Assembly: GCF_018336915.1 (NCBI RefSeq)
Contig: NZ_CP064923.1
Span: 1,396,818 to 1,420,817 of the forward strand
DNA from: Acaryochloris marina S15
Lineage (GTDB): Bacteria > Cyanobacteriota > Cyanobacteriia > Thermosynechococcales > Thermosynechococcaceae
Length of the DNA: 24,000 nt
Reading direction: 5' to 3'
The notes below the pieces were generated by a model. The model made no database searches and had not been told where the DNA came from. It saw only the letters and a list, made by a program, of their open reading frames with translations. Positions 17,305-24,000 of the stretch are shown piece by piece (the stretch's first letter is position 1; each line of letters opens with the position of its first letter). Both the position numbers and the translations under genes were made by a program.

Positions 17305-18405
17305 TTACTCAGACTGATTTCTTGCCGTCTCTTCAGCTCTTTTATAGACGGCTAGAGGATCTATCAGCATGTCACCCGGTTGAGGTTCTAAATCAGCCGT
17401 CGACAACAAAACTCTTCCTTTTTCTATATCCATCCAAGTGATGATAGCTCTGACCCAAGCATGTCGTCGAAAAACTTGTTTGGGATCGTCAATAGGATCA
17501 TGAGAAATAGCGGAATTAAGCAATAGGGCAAAACATCCTCCAATATCTACAAAAACACCATCGGGTTGAATTTTATGAACTTTACCGTCTACGATCTGTC
17601 CAACTTGTAGAGTTTCCAGACGTGCTTGGCGTTCATGATAAATATGTGCGGGATGGCGATGACCTGAAAAATCTAGTTCGCCTATTTCTTGATGGATTTT
17701 AGACTGCCTTTCTTGATACCAATGTAAATCAATTTCGTTTACTGCCAGATCAGTGATGAGATTCTCATAAAAACTTGAGAGCTTGTAAGCATCAATTGGT
17801 CGTCCATATACCGCTAGCAGAAGAGATGTGGAAAGATCAGCGATAAATTGCCGTAAGATTTGTTGGGTTACGGTCAAGTACTTTTGTCGATGTTGCTGAG
17901 CTTCTTGAGCATTTCTGTCTTCACCTCCTCCATATATTGCTAGCCTTTGCTCCCAGCGATCATAAGCAGTGTTTTCTGGGGTGAGTAAGTTGTGCCAATT
18001 AATATTACTAAGATTGTCAGAACTTGACCACCGAGAACGCTGATAGTGGAGATCAATAAATTCAATAATGCTATTAGTAAAAGCTAAAACTAGGTTGCTT
18101 GGTTTGATGAAAATTTTGAGTCGCGTTTGGTCTTCATAAGACATCCATGGCTCAATCCTAAAACAGAGAAGGTCTGTCTCAGTACTTTCTGCAATCAGCT
18201 CAACTCCTCGACCTTCTTCATTGATTACCATTTTGGCGGGAAGATGAGAATCTCGAATTTTTCCTAGCCACACATAAAGCTCTGGATAAGGATCAAATAC
18301 TGAGGATGTGTGAATGACGGTACAAATCTCATCAGTCTCTATATGCATAAAGATCCAACCCTTGGGTGACTCATTAACTTTATTTTGAGTAAAGAGGACT
18401 TTCAT
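17305..18405 (-). CDS. S1-domain protein: novel ~270-aa N-terminal region plus a C-terminal domain resembling the last S1 domain of cyanobacterial/plastid ribosomal protein S1
   Basis: 366 aa; ARLETLQVGQIVDGKVHKIQPDGVFVDIGGCFALLLNSAISHDPIDDPKQVFRRHAWVRAIITWMDIEKGRVLLSTADLEPQPGDMLIDPLAVYKRAEETA. Confidence 0.8.
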   Translation of the reverse strand: MKVLFTQNKVNESPKGWIFMHIETDEICTVIHTSSVFDPYPELYVWLGKIRDSHLPAKMVINEEGRGVELIAESTETDLLCFRIEPWMSYEDQTRLKIFIKPSNLVLAFTNSIIEFIDLHYQRSRWSSSDNLSNINWHNLLTPENTAYDRWEQRLAIYGGGEDRNAQEAQQHRQKYLTVTQQILRQFIADLSTSLLLAVYGRPIDAYKLSSFYENLITDLAVNEIDLHWYQERQSKIHQEIGELDFSGHRHPAHIYHERQARLETLQVGQIVDGKVHKIQPDGVFVDIGGCFALLLNSAISHDPIDDPKQVFRRHAWVRAIITWMDIEKGRVLLSTADLEPQPGDMLIDPLAVYKRAEETARNQSE

Positions 18406-18473
18406 CGTTAATGATTGAAGGTTGAAAAAATTTTGGAGAATTTAGAAGCTGAAGACAAGAAGTATTTGACAGG

Positions 18474-19994
18474 CTAATCGATTCTTGAGTTCTCTGGAGA
18501 TCGGGTATATCGGTGTTTAATCCCTACTGGAAAGTAGGTCGGATCGCCGTTAGCCAATAAGTGAATCTGTGGGGTTTGATAGCTTGCAGGAACATAGTTA
18601 GCAAATTCACTATTGAGTCTGCGAAGCTGTTGCAAGATGGATTGAGCCATCGCATGCTCTCTGGCTATGCTAGCCGTTTGACCTGGTGCAAGTTCTACAT
18701 AAATCACTAAATGAGAGTTTTGATCGGCATCCGTTTGCACCTGCATCACAAATTTGCCTGTGACCCAATCGCAAATCTCCGGCTGTTCTAGACCCACCGT
18801 CACATTCTCTGGATAGATATTGGCCCCAAAAAACGATACGGTGAAATGAGAGCGGCCAAATACATAGACAAAGGGTAGGGGGCGAATAGGGGCATGGCCT
18901 TGTTGTTGCAATGTTGTAATCGCATCAAAGCCATGAGCCTGCAAAAACGCCAACATCTGATCGTAGGGGAAAATACCACCGCGATCGCAAATGTGATACC
19001 GAATGAGGGGAATTCCATTATTACCCGAGAATAGAAGTGTTCCCTCTTCAGTGACTTCGAAATATCGACTCGTGGGATCGTACTGAACTAGGGTCGGCAA
19101 GCGAGCTTCCCCAAATACCTCAGCTGCAATATCTGGATGATTAGCCAAAAATCGACGAATACAAATGCTGAGCGGGGTTTCATTTCCCAGTACCCCGGCA
19201 TCTGCTGTGCCATACAAAGAGGCCGAGTCAAAGCAGGAGTTAGTTGAACCGACCCGCGTCCCGATTAAATCTCGCCATGCTTCGCTAAACACTTCCCCGG
19301 CCATCACCCATTTGAGATGGTATTGAGGCCACGGAACCCCTTCTGTCAGTCCTGTATCAATGACATCCTTGAGAAATGGTGGATATCCCAGCAGTACAAC
19401 CTGCTCAAACATCGGCCCCAGGGCTTGTACCACCCGCAGAATTTCAGTTTTATTATTGCCAGGCGTAATCACTGTGAGGGGATAGCCTTTACTGGCTAAA
19501 TGACGACAACAGTTGGCGGTATACATCCCTCCTACCCAGGTCCCTAAGGCAAAGCAAACCACCGCGAGAGTCCGCTTTTGATCTGCGGCAAAGCTATCGG
19601 CAAAAATTTGCTCAAAACGAGTCGCAATTTGATATTCATCAGTGATGAAGCGCGGCCAAAAGGTCGGTTCTCCCGTCGATCCAGAAGATACCGCCATCAT
19701 GTCACAGGTCTCCAACTTGCCGTCACGACAGAGACGAGGCAGTGGAAACTGCCGTAAATAATTATCTTTAGTCGTTAGAGGTAGAGTGACAAAGTCTTCT
19801 AGCGTCTGAATTTGTGTAGGGTCAATCCCCTGTTGTTGCAGGAAGTCTTTGTACGCCGGAACCGTCTGGGCAACCCGATGAAACAAAGATAGGACTTGCG
19901 CAGAGACAGAAGTTGGGGAAACAATCAGCTCCTCTAAGGACGTGTCGAGGAACGTCTGTAAAGCCTTAATTGTATTCCGGAGAGAGCCAGCCAT
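18474..19994 (-). CDS. PaaK-like (phenylacetate-CoA ligase-like) adenylate-forming enzyme
   Basis: 506 aa; MMAVSSGSTGEPTFWPRF (phosphate-binding loop), SASLYGTADAGVLGNETP, ENVTVGLEQPEICDWVTGKFVMQV. Confidence 0.85.
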   Translation of the reverse strand: MAGSLRNTIKALQTFLDTSLEELIVSPTSVSAQVLSLFHRVAQTVPAYKDFLQQQGIDPTQIQTLEDFVTLPLTTKDNYLRQFPLPRLCRDGKLETCDMMAVSSGSTGEPTFWPRFITDEYQIATRFEQIFADSFAADQKRTLAVVCFALGTWVGGMYTANCCRHLASKGYPLTVITPGNNKTEILRVVQALGPMFEQVVLLGYPPFLKDVIDTGLTEGVPWPQYHLKWVMAGEVFSEAWRDLIGTRVGSTNSCFDSASLYGTADAGVLGNETPLSICIRRFLANHPDIAAEVFGEARLPTLVQYDPTSRYFEVTEEGTLLFSGNNGIPLIRYHICDRGGIFPYDQMLAFLQAHGFDAITTLQQQGHAPIRPLPFVYVFGRSHFTVSFFGANIYPENVTVGLEQPEICDWVTGKFVMQVQTDADQNSHLVIYVELAPGQTASIAREHAMAQSILQQLRRLNSEFANYVPASYQTPQIHLLANGDPTYFPVGIKHRYTRSPENSRID

Positions 19995-20051
19995 AGAGAG
20001 AGAGGAAAGTACTCCCCTTATCTTGGCAAACCGCTAGCGTTCGAGTCGATA

Positions 20052-21680
20052 TTATTGAGACTGAAATTGTAATTCTTGAGATGCCTGGTCAGAGGGTCCT
20101 AATGTATCAGCAAAGGAGGGGATATGGATCAAGGCATGTTGATTGCGTCCCGCATCCTTGGCTTGCATCAAGGCTTGCGTGGTTTTATCCACTAACTTTG
20201 TCATGGGGATATCATGGGCAGGTCGCACAAACCCGATCCCTATACTGACAGTGACATATTCACTAATGGGGGAATAGATATGTTTGATTTTTAAGGCTTC
20301 TATGGATTCGATACAGCGCTGAGCTAGAGGTTCGGAATTAGCGGTATTCGGTAGCAGTAGAGCAAAGGTTTCCCCTTCAAATCTGGCCACCAGGTCTGCA
20401 GGACGCTTGAGAAGAGATTCTAATTGAGACGCAATTTTTTTCAGACAATCATCGCCAGCAACAAACCCATATCCCTCATTAAATTGTCGGAAAAAATCTA
20501 GATTGATCAGAAATAGTGTCATGGGAGTCTGCTCACGAATCGCTCGCTTCCACTCTTTATCCAAACAGTCATTGAAATGCCGTCGGTTGGCAATAAAGGT
20601 TAACTCATCAGTGGTAGAGATCAGAGAAAGTTTTTTGTTGGCTTCTTCTAATTCCTTGGTGCGATCGCGGACAACGGTCTCCACAATCTTCGACTGCCGT
20701 AGGATAAAGAACACATAAGCTTCAGCCAGCACCGTAAATACTAAACCAACCCAGAACACCGCCCAGGGTAAGCCACTTCGCTTCTCATTGAAATAAACAT
20801 TAGAGGGGATAGCAGCGATAGTCCATTGCTGACCCGCAATAGGTTTGAGATCGTATCGATACTCATGTTCAGACAGCGACTGGCCTAATTTCGATTGCCG
20901 AGCATAAGGAATGTTCTGATTGGCCGTGTCAATGAGTTGAAGGTTGATGGCATCAACAGCACCCGGTTGAATAGCAGCATTGACCAAATCACTGATTCGG
21001 AAGACCCCCAAAACCAAACCTTGCAAACGTTGGCGTCTGCTGTCTAATGTGTTGGGTTGGTCTTGATAGACGGGGATGAAGGTGATGAAGCCTTTTTGGT
21101 CTTCTCGCTCCTGCACCAAGGTCAAATTAGTTGTGGATTGGACCATCCCCGTATCTATTGCTAAGGTGATAGCTTCCATGCGACTGGCATCGGATGCAAG
21201 ATCAAATCCTAAAGCTAATTCATTGCCTGCAAAGGGTTCCAGAAACGATACTGGAAAATAGTTTGATCGTTTCTGGGCACGAACCATCTTGCCTTGACTG
21301 ACCTGTTGGGTAATTTCAAAAGCAGGATAATCTTGTTGCCGCTGTTTGATAAAAGTTGCCCGGTCTGCATGTTTAACTTTAGGTACCCATTCCAGAGCTT
21401 GAATATCTTTGTGACGAGCTAAGAGGTTGTGAGTGAACTGTTTGAATTCTTTTGGTTTGACCTGATCAGAACTATCAAACAAAAGTTTGAGGCTATTAAT
21501 GACTTCCATCTTGGCATCAATATTGGCCTCCAAGCGATGGACCTGCTCATTGATATCCTGCTGAAAATCTTTCTGAATAGATTGAGTTTCTAGATAATAG
21601 AACTTCGTTGCCAATAACGCTGATAGACCAATTCCCAATATTCCTGTGGGAATAGAAATTAACGCTATTTTTCTGTTCAA
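20052..21680 (-). CDS. Membrane CHASE-domain plus GGDEF-domain protein with degenerate signature (EGETF)
   Basis: 542 aa; N-terminal TM, CHASE-like region (IQALEWVPKVKHADRATFIKQRQQDYPAFEI), second TM, TTDELTFIANRRHFN, FNEGYGFVAGDDCLKKIA, VARFEGETFALLLPNT, VTVSIGIG. Confidence 0.9.
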   Translation of the reverse strand: MNRKIALISIPTGILGIGLSALLATKFYYLETQSIQKDFQQDINEQVHRLEANIDAKMEVINSLKLLFDSSDQVKPKEFKQFTHNLLARHKDIQALEWVPKVKHADRATFIKQRQQDYPAFEITQQVSQGKMVRAQKRSNYFPVSFLEPFAGNELALGFDLASDASRMEAITLAIDTGMVQSTTNLTLVQEREDQKGFITFIPVYQDQPNTLDSRRQRLQGLVLGVFRISDLVNAAIQPGAVDAINLQLIDTANQNIPYARQSKLGQSLSEHEYRYDLKPIAGQQWTIAAIPSNVYFNEKRSGLPWAVFWVGLVFTVLAEAYVFFILRQSKIVETVVRDRTKELEEANKKLSLISTTDELTFIANRRHFNDCLDKEWKRAIREQTPMTLFLINLDFFRQFNEGYGFVAGDDCLKKIASQLESLLKRPADLVARFEGETFALLLPNTANSEPLAQRCIESIEALKIKHIYSPISEYVTVSIGIGFVRPAHDIPMTKLVDKTTQALMQAKDAGRNQHALIHIPSFADTLGPSDQASQELQFQSQ

Positions 21681-21735
21681 AACGAATACTCCCCTCTGGA
21701 TTACTTACAAAAACAGGTCGATAAAGCTAGATCAG

Positions 21736-21744
21736 TCATCCATC
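21736..21744 (+). repeat. Left 9-bp target site duplication of the IS element
   Basis: tcatccatc, identical to 23231..23239, abutting the inverted ends. Confidence 0.93.
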
Positions 21745-23230
21745 GGGCGTAAGCAAAGGATCGGGGATGCATGGCTCAAAGAAAAACGGGTCAAGGACAA
21801 TAGATCCTGTACCCGAACCAAAAAACTATCATGACCCTACCATCGCAATTGCTAACCGTGCTAGCCCATGACGAATTTCTAGAACAAACTGAAGCACTCA
21901 AAGTATCAACCAGCCTGAGTCAGATGGTTTATATCGTTCTGCAAATGGGCTTGTTTCTAGCTCGCTGTCTTCTGGAGGATGAACTCTCAAGGCGCGCGAA
22001 AGCAGTATTTGTATGGCCTGTATGTACTACCTGCGGAACCCGCTTACATTCGAAGGGATGGGAATCTCGTCAGATGCAGACACTGGTAGGCACTATCTCT
22101 TGAAAGCGACGGGTGGGCCGTTGTCCCAAAGGATGTCCAGGCAGTCTGTTGACTCCCCTGGATCAAGCCATTGGGATTGCCCCCTATCAGCACAGCAGCG
22201 AAGAACTGGTGCGTCTGGGCTGCTTGTTGAGTCTGTTCATGCCCTATGAACTGGCCAGTTGGATGCTGGGTCAGTGGAGTGGTCTATCCGTGAGTCCATC
22301 CAGTTTGTGGAACTGGGTGCAATCCGTGGGTAACAAAGCTCAGCAGGAATTAGAAGCTCAACTCAACGCTCAATCATCAGGGACTCAGGCCCCTTGTGAA
22401 GCGATTTCAGAGATGTTATCTGCTCTACCTTTGGCCATTGCCGCCGATGGTGTGATGGTCCCCTTTCGCCCCACCCCGAACTCACCCAAGGGAAAAATCC
22501 AGTGGCGAGAAGTCAAAGTCGCCATCTTAGCTCGCCTGGGAACACGGGTTACCCGAGCTAAAAAGGAGGTCCCCCAATTACTGCGTCGAAGACTGGTGGC
22601 AGTATTGGGCGATATCGACCAGTTCATCCCTTTACTTCAACTCGAAGCTCACAAACAAGACTTTGAATCTGCTCCAAAAGTCATCTGGCTCAGTGATGGG
22701 GGACGAGGCTTCTGGCGAGTCTATCGCACCTTGTTCTCTCATTGTGCTGTGGCAGTCCTCGACTTTTTTCATTCAGCAGGCCATCTGGCACGAGCAACTA
22801 AAGCGATGTTTGGAGATGCCCGCTCTGCTCAAGCCCAAGCCTGGTTCCGGCACTGGCGACACCAATTGCGACACGGGCAACACCTACTTGTATTACGGTC
22901 CTTGACGATATTGATTCACTCACAACTGTTAACGGGAAAGTCTTTTTCAACGTTGCTCCAGGTGCAGGCTTATTTCCAACGCCATCATAACCACATCCGT
23001 TATCGGCACTTTGAACAGCAACAGATTCCTCTCGGGTCAGGAATGGTTGAAAGTGCATGCAAGTGGTTGATTCAGCAGCGCTTTAAGGGAGTTGGCATGC
23101 GCTGGAGTGAGGATGGTTTCAACCATTTACTGATCTTGAGAATTGCCTGGGTCAATGAACGGTTTGACTCCTTATTCCCAGAGGTGACCATTCCGAAAAC
23201 TAAGGCATCCCCGATCCGCTAAATACGCCC
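21745..23230 (+). mobile_element. Complete ISKra4-family-like insertion sequence, 1486 bp
   Basis: Imperfect 26-bp terminal inverted repeats GGGCGTAAGCAAAGGATCGGGGATGC (21745-21770) and reverse complement of 23205-23230, GGGCGTATTTAGCGGATCGGGGATGC (21/26 identical). Transposase ORFs inside; perfect 9-bp TSD outside. Confidence 0.93.
21831..23222 (+). pseudogene. ISKra4-like transposase interrupted by one in-frame TGA (22101-22103); ORFs 21831..22103 and 22113..23222 share a frame
   Basis: Conceptual read-through ...QTLVGTIS*KRRVGRCPKGCPG.... The C-terminal part has GSGMVESACKWLIQQRFKGVGMRWSEDG and IAADGVMVPF / WLSDGGRGFW, typical of this transposase family. Confidence 0.8.
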
Positions 23231-23239
23231 TCATCCATC
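23231..23239 (+). repeat. Right 9-bp target site duplication of the IS element
   Basis: tcatccatc, identical to 21736..21744. Confidence 0.93.
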
Positions 23240-23684
23240 CTGTTTCATTGGGCAAGTAATAATTATCATTCTGTATAAAAAATAGGGACTCACCGACTAG
23301 TGAAAATATTATTATTAATAAATCAATGTTGTCCTACGCCTATTTTGCCCACTTAACAGAGGTAAATGTAACAATCATTTTATGCTTTGCTGACGAAATA
23401 AATTTATTTTTTCAGGCAGCTAAAAACCTAAAGTCATTAGCCACTTTGGTTCCTGGATAAAGGTATAAGAACCAAAGCTCACACAAGTAGAATAAGTTTT
23501 CATAAAAATGATTTTTATCATACAAAAGTTATACAAAAATGCATTAAAAATATTCATCTATATTTAGAAGATTATCGATATGTCTTACTGGGGGCATGTT
23601 ACCCAAGTGTTGGCTCATCGGTGTGCTTATCTGAATGGCCTAATGGGCTTGCAAAGATGCCATGCTTCCCTCTTGTGGTGGCTC

Positions 23685-23840
23685 TTAGATGTCTGGGTTA
23701 GTACGAACATTAGCAGATAATTCTTGTGCCTTGTCCAGTTCATTCCGGAAAAATTCTACTGAATTGTCACTTGTCTTGACACTTGTAAGTTGCGTCAATA
23801 GAAGTTTGAATTTATTCTGGAAAAATGAAAGTGTCAGCAT
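23685..23840 (-). CDS. Possible 51-aa small protein or gene remnant
   Basis: Hand-read MLTLSFFQNKFKLLLTQLTSVKTSDNSVEFFRNELDKAQELSANVRTNPDI*; amphipathic, coding-like. No homology recognised. Confidence 0.25.
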   Translation of the reverse strand: MLTLSFFQNKFKLLLTQLTSVKTSDNSVEFFRNELDKAQELSANVRTNPDI

Positions 23841-24000
23841 AACGACTGATGGCTATACCATTTCTTTTATGAACTCAAGGATTAGCTTTACGATATCTAT
23901 TGCGATGGCAAGCTTTAACTGATTGTTCATTGCTAAATCAATAGTAGTGGCCGAGAGTAAGAAAGACGCTAGGATTAAAAACTTTTGTCAGAAAATAAGA

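Noticed and set aside
22385-23058. ORFs 22385..22627 (-), 22663..22905 (+) and 22798..23058 (-) within the IS
   Set aside because: Overlap conserved transposase sequence in other frames; no sign of passenger genes in the element.
23340-23680. AT-rich region with short A/T runs and small inverted repeats (e.g. aaaaatgattttt)
   Set aside because: Expected by composition; no regular spacing or repeat units to support a CRISPR, attachment site or structured RNA.

Overview
The window looks cyanobacterial. Gene content, HIP1 (GCGATCGC) density and HLIP/PGR5 genes fit, and an Acaryochloris-like genome is my guess, not shown. Most genes are housekeeping: a TPR protein (5'-truncated), ftsH, a DUF2949-like protein, pgr5, a group-2 sigma factor, cobM, lgt, a TIGR02450-like protein, a DRTGG/BioD-like protein, an EbsA-like protein, a radical SAM + GT2 pair, 5-formyl-THF cyclo-ligase, DUF3120, dtd and glmS. 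Two HLIP genes (47 and 49 aa) are absent from the supplied ORF track and were read by hand at 6204..6353 and 6417..6560. A third lies inside the 73-aa ORF. Two of the HLIP promoters carry perfect matches to the HLR1/RpaB consensus. The most interesting parts are: (a) a one-strand stress/photoprotection neighbourhood (HLIPs, sigma, PGR5, FtsH) with shared leader motifs; (b) a three-gene same-strand cluster of CHASE-GGDEF with a degenerate GGDEF motif, a PaaK-like adenylate-forming enzyme, and an unusual protein that appears to carry the C-terminal S1 domain of ribosomal protein S1; (c) a complete ISKra4-like insertion sequence at 21745..23230, with 26-bp imperfect inverted ends and a perfect 9-bp target duplication, whose transposase is split by one in-frame TGA and which sits 55 bp upstream of that cluster; (d) a radical SAM protein overlapping a GT2 glycolipid-synthase-like gene. 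I see no convincing CRISPR array, tRNA or rRNA.
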